Shown piece by piece: positions 18,016 through 25,327 of a stretch of DNA of 27,243 bases. The first letter of the stretch is position 1; each line of letters starts with the position of its first letter. Below the pieces are notes generated by a model. The model saw only the letters and a list, made by a program, of their open reading frames with translations, did not search any database and had not been told where the DNA came from. Source of the DNA: an uncultured archaeon (GTDB lineage Archaea > Iainarchaeota > Iainarchaeia > JAADDC01 > CAZMYQ01); NCBI GenBank assembly GCA_964577235.1, contig CAZNYH010000078.1:1-27243 (forward strand), given 5' to 3'. The translations under genes were made by a program, and so were the position numbers.

Positions 18016-18870
18016 ATGGCTCTAAAAGAACTTAAGAGTATAGTTCCTTTTTTTAAACCATTATTTTCTGCTTGTAGAAAATATTTAGTATATACTGGAT
18101 GGGGAATCACTGTAAATGAATATACTGCTTTTTCTTTAATTGCTGCGTTAATAGTTTCTTTAGTATTTTATGCACTTGTTTATACTGTTATTTTGGCTCT
18201 AACACAAAACATTTTTATAAGTTTAGTGTTTGGGTTTGGTGGATCATTGTGGGGTTTTTTAATTGGAATTTTAATTATGATGTATTTACCCAGATACACT
18301 TACATTTCATTAGGAAAAAGAATTGATGTTGAGTTGCCATATGTAACTGCTCACTTTTCTACAATTGCAGGGGTAGGTATTCCTATTCCTACTGTGTTGA
18401 AAATAATGAGTTCTTTTGAAGAATATAAAGTGTTAAGTAAACGATTTTATGAGATGTATAAAAACATTTCTATTATGGGAACCGATTTATTTTCAGCTTT
18501 AGAATATGAAGCAAAATTAACTCCAAGTAAAAAATGGGGTGAAATACTATATGGAGTATTATCCATTTTAAAAACAGGGGGAAATATAAAGATGTTTTTG
18601 GAAGAAGAAGCTGAAAAATTGCTGGAAGAAAAAAGAATGCTTGAGCGAAAATTTATAGAAACCTTAAATTTAATTACGGAAGTTTATATGGTTGTTTTTG
18701 TGGTAACTCCAATTATGATTATAATTGCTGTAGCGATAATGGGAATGATAGGAATGAGTGGAGATATAAATTTAAAGGCTATTTTATGGGCTTTTGTGTA
18801 TATAGGAATGCCATTTATTGCATTTATGTTTGTATTAATAATTAATCTTTTAAGACCAGCAGAAATTTAA
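18016..18870 (+). CDS. Type II secretion system F / TadC-like pilus membrane platform protein
   Basis: IDVELPY, IAGVG, GTDLFSALE..TPSKKW, LKTGGNI..FLE, EVYMVVFVVTP; transmembrane segments at both ends. ATG 18016 follows GGTG. Confidence 0.85.
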   Translation: MALKELKSIVPFFKPLFSACRKYLVYTGWGITVNEYTAFSLIAALIVSLVFYALVYTVILALTQNIFISLVFGFGGSLWGFLIGILIMMYLPRYTYISLGKRIDVELPYVTAHFSTIAGVGIPIPTVLKIMSSFEEYKVLSKRFYEMYKNISIMGTDLFSALEYEAKLTPSKKWGEILYGVLSILKTGGNIKMFLEEEAEKLLEEKRMLERKFIETLNLITEVYMVVFVVTPIMIIIAVAIMGMIGMSGDINLKAILWAFVYIGMPFIAFMFVLIINLLRPAEI

Positions 18871-18891
18871 TTATGTATCATATTTTGTTAG

Positions 18892-18909
18892 AATTTTTAT
18901 TGAAAAATT
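18892..18909. terminator. Possible bidirectional T-rich terminator between convergent tadC and SUI1
   Basis: AATTTTT-ATTG-AAAAATT inverted repeat giving T-runs on both strands. Confidence 0.35.
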
Positions 18910-18918
18910 TAAAAAATA

Positions 18919-19233
18919 TTAAGTAACTTCTATATCTTTATATCCTATTTGTTTTAACAATGCATATACTTTAATTCTGTGATCTCCTTGTAATTCTAAA
19001 GTGTATGTTTTCGTATTTTGATCAAAATCATAAGTTCCCCCACATCCAAATTTCTTCTTCATAGTTTTTAATAAATTTTTAATTTCACTTTCATTTCCAT
19101 AAATTCCTTTTATAATAGTTACTATTTTTCTTCTTTTTCGCATTTCTGTGTAAATGTATATTTTTGAAGTTTCTTTTCCTAAAAATTCATAACTTTCAGA
19201 GACTCCGAATAATTTATCTAATTGGTCTTTCAA
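18919..19233 (-). CDS. sui1: Translation initiation factor SUI1 (aIF1)
   Basis: RKRRKIVTIIKG, LKTMKKKFGCGGT, ELQGDHR; canonical slot after uL29. Confidence 0.95.
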   Translation of the reverse strand: MKDQLDKLFGVSESYEFLGKETSKIYIYTEMRKRRKIVTIIKGIYGNESEIKNLLKTMKKKFGCGGTYDFDQNTKTYTLELQGDHRIKVYALLKQIGYKDIEVT

Positions 19234-19424
19234 GATTCACCCCTCTCTTTAAGTATCGTTTTCACCCTTGCTATTATTTTTTTAATATTCTTTGTTATAC
19301 TAGATTTTTTTTGAGGTGTTGTTAACTCCTTCCTCAATTCATTGTATGCTTGATTCAGAATCTCCTTCAGTTCTTCTGTCTTCATTTCCCTCAACTTCTC
19401 CGGCTTGTAATCTTTTGGCTTCAT
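19230..19424 (-). CDS. rpl29: 50S ribosomal protein uL29
   Basis: LREMKTEEL, IKKIIARVKTILKE; perfect SD GGAGGTG before ATG 19424, inside the rps3 coding region. Confidence 0.9.
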   Translation of the reverse strand: MKPKDYKPEKLREMKTEELKEILNQAYNELRKELTTPQKKSSITKNIKKIIARVKTILKERGES

Positions 19425-20013
19425 CTATTACACCTCCTAAATCAATAGTATCTACCGTGTTTAAATCAGGAGGTACTATATATACTTTTACTCCAATTAT
19501 TCCTGATTTTGTTAAGGCAGTATCAAAACCTCTACTTACTAATTTTGCATACCCTCCTGTTTTAATCATATATCCTGCCGTGAATCTCCTAGTAATAGAT
19601 CTTGCTCCTTTTTTCCCTAATTTTCCTGAAATTACTACTTCTATACCTTTTGCCCCTGCATTTAATACTCTATTTATAATTCTTCTAACTACAGCTCTTT
19701 CTCTTTCTCCTCTTTCTAAAGCTCTTGCAATTCTTGCTGCTTGAATTTGTGCATCTAATAATTCGTTTTCCACTAATTTAACAAATACTCTGACTTCATC
19801 TTTTAGCATGTTTTTTAAATCTTCTATTACTTTTCTTATTGTATCTTTGTTAGCTATTACTCTTGGTCTTCTACACCAAACAAAAATTCTATATTCTGTT
19901 ACGGTTCTCACTAAATCTACTCTTGAAATAAGAGCTTCTGGGAATTCTCTTTTGAAATAGTCTTCTACTATCAGTTTTTTTACACCTTCATCAACAAATT
20001 CTCTTTCTTTCAT
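19339..20013 (-). CDS. rps3: 30S ribosomal protein uS3
   Basis: KH domain, LDAQIQA, GAKGIEVVISGKL, RGFDTALTKSGIIGVKV. Confidence 0.96.
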   Translation of the reverse strand: MKEREFVDEGVKKLIVEDYFKREFPEALISRVDLVRTVTEYRIFVWCRRPRVIANKDTIRKVIEDLKNMLKDEVRVFVKLVENELLDAQIQAARIARALERGERERAVVRRIINRVLNAGAKGIEVVISGKLGKKGARSITRRFTAGYMIKTGGYAKLVSRGFDTALTKSGIIGVKVYIVPPDLNTVDTIDLGGVIDEAKRLQAGEVEGNEDRRTEGDSESSIQ

Positions 20014-20447
20014 TCTCTCACCCCTAAGATAATTCTTAAGTGAGTTCTTTTTTTAACTCTTGTTAAATTTCTAAATGCATGTCTTTTATAATAAATCAAT
20101 CCAGTTCTTCTAATATTTATTATTTTTTGTCCTTTTCCTACCCAAACTTCTTTTATATATAATTTCCCTTCAATTCCTTGGTTTTTAGCATTGTTTAGTG
20201 CTTGTTTTATTAGTTTTATAAAGTATTTTGCTACTTTAACTGGATATCTTCCAGATTTCACTCCTTCTTTAACTCCTTTTCTATGCGCCACTTTTTTGTT
20301 ATATCTTTTTATTGGAATCCATTCTTTTAGTTTTATTACATCTTCTAAAATTTTTAATGCCTTATCTACATCTTTACCTTTAATATATCTTCCTACTTCT
20401 ACAGCAAACTTTCTAGATATAGGAGCATTTTTAATCATGGCTATCAT
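20010..20447 (-). CDS. rpl22: 50S ribosomal protein uL22
   Basis: PISRKFAVEV, VAHRKG, GRYPVKVA, THLRIIL. Confidence 0.96.
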   Translation of the reverse strand: MIAMIKNAPISRKFAVEVGRYIKGKDVDKALKILEDVIKLKEWIPIKRYNKKVAHRKGVKEGVKSGRYPVKVAKYFIKLIKQALNNAKNQGIEGKLYIKEVWVGKGQKIINIRRTGLIYYKRHAFRNLTRVKKRTHLRIILGVRE

Positions 20448-20455
20448 TCAATCAC

Positions 20456-20893
20456 CTACTTTCCTACATGTCTTGTACTTCTGGATGCTCCTTGTCCAAA
20501 TCCTCCGTGAGCTACTTTCTTTCTAGTTGGGACAAATTCTCCTAGTCTGTGACCTAACATTTCTGGTTTTATTTCAACAGGAACGAATTCTTTTCCGTTG
20601 TGTACATATATTGTCATTCCTACCATTTGTGGCAATATTGGCATACTTCTATAATGGGTTTTAATTTTCTTTTTAAATGGTTTTCCTTCTTTCATTGCTT
20701 GCCATGCTTGAGCAATTTTTATTATTAATTTTCTCGCTTTTTGATCAGTATTTATTTTTTTAATCAATCTTAATATACTTCTTCTTATTCTCGCAGGACA
20801 CAATTTAGCAAATTCTTCCAAATCCATTTGTTGAAGTTGCTCTAAAGTATAGCCTCTAAACGTAAATTTTTTAGGTTTACCTTCATATTCCAC
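20456..20893 (-). CDS. rps19: 30S ribosomal protein uS19
   Basis: [38 protein letters not shown]. Confidence 0.97.
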   Translation of the reverse strand: MEYEGKPKKFTFRGYTLEQLQQMDLEEFAKLCPARIRRSILRLIKKINTDQKARKLIIKIAQAWQAMKEGKPFKKKIKTHYRSMPILPQMVGMTIYVHNGKEFVPVEIKPEMLGHRLGEFVPTRKKVAHGGFGQGASRSTRHVGK

Positions 20894-20897
20894 TTAA

Positions 20898-21614
20898 TCA
20901 CCTCTTCTTTCTTCCAGTTCTTCTTGCTGCTATATGGCCAACTTTCCTTCCAGGTGGTGCGTTTCTTGAAACACACGTTGATTTCCCAGGATGATGTTCT
21001 TTCCCTCCAAATGGGTGTGATGCTGGAACCATATGCACTCCTCTTACTTTTGGATAATATTTGTTTCTTGCTTTACAAAAGTGGAATTTCTTTCCTGCTT
21101 TCATAAATGGTAATTCCGTCCTTGCTCCACCTGCTATGTTTCCAATTATAGCATAGCATTCTGGGTCCAACTCTACTGTTCTTCTTGATGGGAGGGTTAC
21201 ATAAACACATTCTTCTGATTTTGCGCTTACTAACGCATAAGTACCAGATGTCCTTGCTAGTTTTCCACCATCAAATGGAACTTTTTCTATGCAACATATA
21301 GGAGTACCTTCAGGGATTTTTTTCAATGGCAATATGTTCCCAATTTTAATTTCAGCCTCTTCTCCTATTTTGATTTTTTGTCCAACCTCCAACCCTTCTA
21401 CTGCTGGAATATAATACTTTTCACCATTTTCTAAAGTAATTTCAGCTACTGGATATAATCTAGCTCTATCATCTATTAAGTCAGTTACTTCTCCTATTAT
21501 AGTTCCCTCTTTTGGGTGTGGAAGGCATATTTTTGGTACTTTATAATGATGGTCTGGTACTCTAAACACATTACTTCCTTTTCCTAATCTTTGGACTAAA
21601 ATTTTCTTACCCAT
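20898..21614 (-). CDS. rpl2: 50S ribosomal protein uL2
   Basis: QRLGKG, DGGKLARTSG, GGARTELP, KVRGVHM..HPFGG, PPGRKVGHIAARRTG. Confidence 0.98.
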   Translation of the reverse strand: MGKKILVQRLGKGSNVFRVPDHHYKVPKICLPHPKEGTIIGEVTDLIDDRARLYPVAEITLENGEKYYIPAVEGLEVGQKIKIGEEAEIKIGNILPLKKIPEGTPICCIEKVPFDGGKLARTSGTYALVSAKSEECVYVTLPSRRTVELDPECYAIIGNIAGGARTELPFMKAGKKFHFCKARNKYYPKVRGVHMVPASHPFGGKEHHPGKSTCVSRNAPPGRKVGHIAARRTGRKKR

Positions 21615-21623
21615 ATAACCACC

Positions 21624-21893
21624 TCATATTGGAATTCCTAACATTCTTCCTATTTCCATAGCATCTTCAGGATTTTCCATTCTAACATATGCTTTCTTTA
21701 TAATTTTTTTTCTAAATCTGGTTATAGCAGTATTTACTTTTTTTACTTTTTTTCCATATAATTTTTCTATAGCTTCTTTTATTTGTGGTTTTGTAGCATT
21801 TAAAGGCACTTCAAAAGTGATAATTCCTTTACCTAACAAATTATAGGTTTTTTCAGTAAGTATGGCTCTAATTATTATTTTTTGATAATCCAT
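21624..21893 (-). CDS. rpl23: 50S ribosomal protein uL23
   Basis: TEK, TFEV..ATKPQIKEAIE, VKKVNT, KKAYV. Confidence 0.95.
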   Translation of the reverse strand: MDYQKIIIRAILTEKTYNLLGKGIITFEVPLNATKPQIKEAIEKLYGKKVKKVNTAITRFRKKIIKKAYVRMENPEDAMEIGRMLGIPI

Positions 21894-21897
21894 CTAA

Positions 21898-22701
21898 TCA
21901 CCCCGTGAATAAATTGTATAGTTTTTCTATTGCTCCTTCTGTCCATACAGTTAACCTTCCTGGTTGTCCTCCAGGTGCTAACACTTCTGCATTTAATTTA
22001 TCTACACTTACCACATCTACTCCTTCTAAATTTTTAACTGCTTTAATTAAAGGGCATTTACCACTTACTACAAATAAAATACTTTTCTTTCTTTTATATT
22101 TTCTCCCTCTTCTTTTTCCTTTTCCTGCTCTTACTCTTTTTTTACTCATTGCATATTCAATATCTTCCCATATTCTTAGTTTTTTTAGTAAATCCCTTAC
22201 TTCTTTAGTTTTTGATATTTTTTCATATTCTTTATCTATAATTATTGGTAATTCTATATCTTCAGGGATTTTGTGTCTTTCTAATATTAGTTCTTTAACA
22301 GCTGTTGCTGCAATTGCACTTCTAATTGCTTTTCTTCTTTCTTTTTTGTTTATTTTTTCATAAATTTTCTTTTCTACTTTTGGAGGATGCGCTACTGGCC
22401 CTCCTACTGCTTGAGGTACGTTAGCAACGAATCCTCTTACTGGGTCATTATCAATGTGTTTTGTTCTTGGTAGTCTATTTAATCCCCTTGTCATAGCACA
22501 TCTAGGATCATCTCTTCTTCCAATATATTCTGCGGTATAATCTCTTCCTGCTTTTGGTCTTACTCCTTTTGGTTGAAATCTATGAGTCCAAATTGCAATT
22601 ACTGCTCTCCTTATTAAATCTGGTCTAACTTCTTCTTCAAAGTGGGGAGGCAACTCTATTTCTTTCCACTCTCCGTTTATAGTATATACTTTTGCTTTCA
22701 T
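21898..22701 (-). CDS. rpl4: 50S ribosomal protein uL4
   Basis: RPDLIRRAV, GGPVAHPP, INKKERR, RAGKGKRRGRKY, LAPGGQPGRLTVWT. ATG 22701 overlaps the uL3 stop (ATGA), SD GAGGTG. Confidence 0.97.
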   Translation of the reverse strand: MKAKVYTINGEWKEIELPPHFEEEVRPDLIRRAVIAIWTHRFQPKGVRPKAGRDYTAEYIGRRDDPRCAMTRGLNRLPRTKHIDNDPVRGFVANVPQAVGGPVAHPPKVEKKIYEKINKKERRKAIRSAIAATAVKELILERHKIPEDIELPIIIDKEYEKISKTKEVRDLLKKLRIWEDIEYAMSKKRVRAGKGKRRGRKYKRKKSILFVVSGKCPLIKAVKNLEGVDVVSVDKLNAEVLAPGGQPGRLTVWTEGAIEKLYNLFTG

Positions 22702-23666
22702 ACATTGCACCTCACAAATTGTCTTGCACTATCAATATATTCTATTCTCTCAATTGCTCTTAATTTTCCTTTTCTAACTGGAAATCTCATTCCAATTAAT
22801 CTTTTTTGAGGTCCTGGCACTGAGCCTAAAATTATTACATAATCATTTCTGATTACTCCATAATGTGGCCATCCTGATTTAGGATTTATGTTAAGTTCTT
22901 TTGGGTTCGAAATTAAAACAATTTGCTTATTAAATTCTGTCCTAGTATGGTATCCCATTTGTCCAGGCATTGGAACAGTCCACATTGTGTATCCAGGAGT
23001 AAATTGACCAATTGCTCCTACGCCTCTTTTGGTTTTATCTTTTATATGACTAAAGTCAAATACTCCGAATCTTTTCACTGCCCCTTGAAATCCTTTACCT
23101 TTAGCAACTGCTTTAACATCAATTAATTGATTATTATTGAATACATCTGAAACTCTTATTTCTTTACCTAATAATTCAAAAGCTTTTTGCTTTTTTTCTT
23201 CTAGATTTCCTCCCAACGCTATTTCGACAACTTCACATTTTTTCTTTCCAATGGTAGTCAATTTTGGTTGAGTACAACAAATTATCCTAACTTCATCAGC
23301 GTTTTCTAAAATCTTTTCAAAATCTTCTTTATTGTGTTCTTTTTTAATTTTTGGAATTCTTCTAAATATTTCTTTTGGCAAATTAGTTGTCCAAAATTCT
23401 CCTAATGTTTTTAATCCTAATTTTGTCTTTTTATATGCTCTAATTGCAACTACTTTCATAGGAGGGCATTCAATTATAGTTACGGGATAACAGTATTCCT
23501 TAATTTCTTTTCCTACTTTTTCTTTTACTAATATATGAGTCATCCCTACCTTGTATCCATAAAATGCTAATGGTTTACATTCTTCTACTTTTGGCCATGA
23601 TTTAAATCTTGGAGTTTCTGTTTTCGCTCTCTTTCTAGGATAATATGCCATTGATCCTCTTCTCAT
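22698..23666 (-). CDS. rpl3: 50S ribosomal protein uL3
   Basis: AYYPRKRA, GYKVGMTH, PVTIIECPP, KGKGFQGAVKRFG, GQMGYHTRTEFNK, GSVPGP. ATG 23666 follows SD GAGGTGA; the ORF-track start at 23720 is rejected. Confidence 0.97.
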   Translation of the reverse strand: MRRGSMAYYPRKRAKTETPRFKSWPKVEECKPLAFYGYKVGMTHILVKEKVGKEIKEYCYPVTIIECPPMKVVAIRAYKKTKLGLKTLGEFWTTNLPKEIFRRIPKIKKEHNKEDFEKILENADEVRIICCTQPKLTTIGKKKCEVVEIALGGNLEEKKQKAFELLGKEIRVSDVFNNNQLIDVKAVAKGKGFQGAVKRFGVFDFSHIKDKTKRGVGAIGQFTPGYTMWTVPMPGQMGYHTRTEFNKQIVLISNPKELNINPKSGWPHYGVIRNDYVIILGSVPGPQKRLIGMRFPVRKGKLRAIERIEYIDSARQFVRCNV

Positions 23667-23700
23667 ATATTCACCTCGTATTATCTTATTAAAAATCAAA

Positions 23701-23712
23701 CTTATATATAAG
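23701..23712 (-). promoter_or_regulatory. Probable TATA box of the rpl3 operon
   Basis: Palindrome CTTATATATAAG about 35-46 nt upstream of the uL3 ATG; BRE side is poor on -. Confidence 0.45.
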
Positions 23713-23722
23713 CAAAACACTT

Positions 23723-23729
23723 AAAAAAA
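23723..23729 (-). terminator. Oligo-T terminator after tRNA-Val
   Basis: T7 on - about 58 nt downstream of the tRNA 3' end. Confidence 0.4.
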
Positions 23730-23786
23730 CCTACATTTTTTTAGTATATTTTCAACTTTTAGATTTGTTTTTTAGAAATTATTACA

Positions 23787-23858
23787 TGGGGCCGCTGGGA
23801 ATCGAACCCAGGACCTCCGCCTCGTCAGGGCGGCGTCATACCACTAGACCACGGCCCC
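23787..23858 (-). tRNA. tRNA-Val(GAC), intronless, CCA not encoded
   Basis: GGGGCCG acceptor stem, D arm GTCTAGTGGTATGAC, anticodon arm CCGCC-CTGACGA-GGCGG, T arm CTGGG-TTCGATT-CCCAG, discriminator A; 72 nt. Confidence 0.97.
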
Positions 23859-23873
23859 TTATTATACAATATA

Positions 23874-23898
23874 CAAAAACTTATTTAAATATTTTTCG
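23874..23898. promoter_or_regulatory. Palindromic TATA box with A-rich BRE-like flanks on both sides (bidirectional promoter for tRNA-Val and ORF 23919)
   Basis: TATTTAAATA at 23882-23891 is self-complementary; CAAAAAC precedes it on +, CGAAAAA precedes it on -. Confidence 0.65.
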
Positions 23899-23918
23899 AA
23901 AATGACATTATAAAGTTT

Positions 23919-24617
23919 ATGACATTAAAAGCCAAGGAAATTAATAGTTTTTTTCCATATTTCGAAGTGTTAAGATCAACTGCTAAATACAGGGAAATAA
24001 TAGAAAAAATTCATAAATATTCTGGAAAAAATAATATTATTGAATTTTGTGAGTGGTGTTTGAAAAATGAAAAAATTGTGAACAAATATACTAGGGCAAA
24101 GTATTTGCTTACAGCATGTAAATGGATAATAAACAATCAAGAAAAAGTTGAAGAAATAATAAATAAATATAAAAATGTTCGATTTCCTGAAATAATGAAT
24201 CTCCCACATAAATGGGTTATTATTATTTTGCAACATTTTGGGTTTTTAGAGATTACAGAAAATGGTTTAAGGGAACGAATTATACACAGAGTGTATGTAA
24301 AAGCATATAGAAAAAATCCTAATATTAAAGTTAAAAATAAATTTGACCAACTATTAGAGTACTTATCTCAAAATAATGATAAAGTTTCTAATCACTTGCG
24401 TAGAATAATTCAAGGAGAATTATATTTTGAAGAGTTTAAAATATTACTCAAAGAAGGCGTTTTGGAGATAAGTCATGTATCATTATCATACCAATTATTC
24501 AGAATTTTGAGAAAATTTGGATTCGTAGAATTAGAGAGATGGTCTCTAGGCAGAGTTAGAGTATACTTAACAGATAAAGAAGAATTTAAGAAATTATTTA
24601 GAAACTTAAATCCCTAA
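23919..24617 (+). CDS. Hypothetical protein (232 aa), possibly tandem winged-helix
   Basis: Two related motifs IILQHFGFLEI and RILRKFGFVEL; the second is followed by a wing-like RVRVYLTD. Confidence 0.6.
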   Translation: MTLKAKEINSFFPYFEVLRSTAKYREIIEKIHKYSGKNNIIEFCEWCLKNEKIVNKYTRAKYLLTACKWIINNQEKVEEIINKYKNVRFPEIMNLPHKWVIIILQHFGFLEITENGLRERIIHRVYVKAYRKNPNIKVKNKFDQLLEYLSQNNDKVSNHLRRIIQGELYFEEFKILLKEGVLEISHVSLSYQLFRILRKFGFVELERWSLGRVRVYLTDKEEFKKLFRNLNP

Positions 24618-24624
24618 TATTATT

Positions 24625-25278
24625 ATGAAAGAAGTTCAGGAAATAACATCTGCACTTTCAAATTATTACAAATCTATTTTAAAATTGTGGGCTACATTAA
24701 ATGAAATAGAATCTATAGAAAAGTTAAAAAATAATTTTATGGATGATTATTTTGAGTTGAAAAGGCACAAAGATAAGGAACTATTTGAATCTTTATATTT
24801 AACATTTGAATATAGAGACACTATTTTAGACTTATCTAAAAACTCAAAAGAAAAATGTGAAAAAATAATTTCTATTTTGGAAGAAATAAAAACATCCTTA
24901 GAAGATATAATTTCCACATTAGAAGAAAAAAATCCCAACATTATAATTGAAGACCCTCTATCTATTGACTTGGGAAAATTAGAAGATTTATTTAAAGAAG
25001 ACTATATTGAGGTAAAACCAGTAATTTTTAGCGAAAAAACTATAAATTTGTTATTAGAATTTCCAAATAGTAAAAGAAAAGAATTTTCAGTGATAATTCC
25101 AAAAAAATCATTGAAAGATATAATTTTGTTTTGCTTTTCAAATAAATTAGGAGTTTTTGTAGAAGGTTCAGAATTGAGAATGTATATAAATCCTTACGCA
25201 AACATATTAAAGATAGAAAGTGACAAAAAAGAGGTGATTTTACGCACTTTAAAGAAGAAGAAAATCATAAAAAAATAG
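24625..25278 (+). CDS. Hypothetical protein (217 aa), N-terminal helical/coiled-coil region and C-terminal alpha/beta region
   Basis: Long ORF 7 nt after the previous gene; heptad-like E/K/L-rich N-half; no family recognised. Confidence 0.6.
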   Translation: MKEVQEITSALSNYYKSILKLWATLNEIESIEKLKNNFMDDYFELKRHKDKELFESLYLTFEYRDTILDLSKNSKEKCEKIISILEEIKTSLEDIISTLEEKNPNIIIEDPLSIDLGKLEDLFKEDYIEVKPVIFSEKTINLLLEFPNSKRKEFSVIIPKKSLKDIILFCFSNKLGVFVEGSELRMYINPYANILKIESDKKEVILRTLKKKKIIKK

Positions 25279-25327
25279 CCCTAATATATACTTTAGGATG
25301 TATATGTTTAATAATATTTATTTATGC

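Noticed and set aside
18871-18918. Possible inverted repeats between 3460-3520 and 18871-18918 as inversion recombination sites
   Set aside because: Only patchy A/T matches, expected by chance in AT-rich spacers
19316-19744. 142-aa + strand ORF antisense to rps3
   Set aside because: Shadow of a conserved gene; Ser/Pro/Leu-rich antisense composition, no SD or motif
21905-22363. 152-aa + strand ORF antisense to rpl4
   Set aside because: Hydrophobic look comes from the reverse complement of Lys/Arg codons; no independent support
23667-23720. ORF-track N-terminal extensions of uL3 (also uL4, eS4, uS8, uL6, TadC and the methyltransferase)
   Set aside because: SD positions, stop/start overlaps and family N-termini favour downstream ATGs
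23787-25278. Integrated element at tRNA-Val
   Set aside because: Unknown ORFs lie at the tRNA 5' side; no integrase, no duplicated tRNA 3' end, no obvious compositional shift
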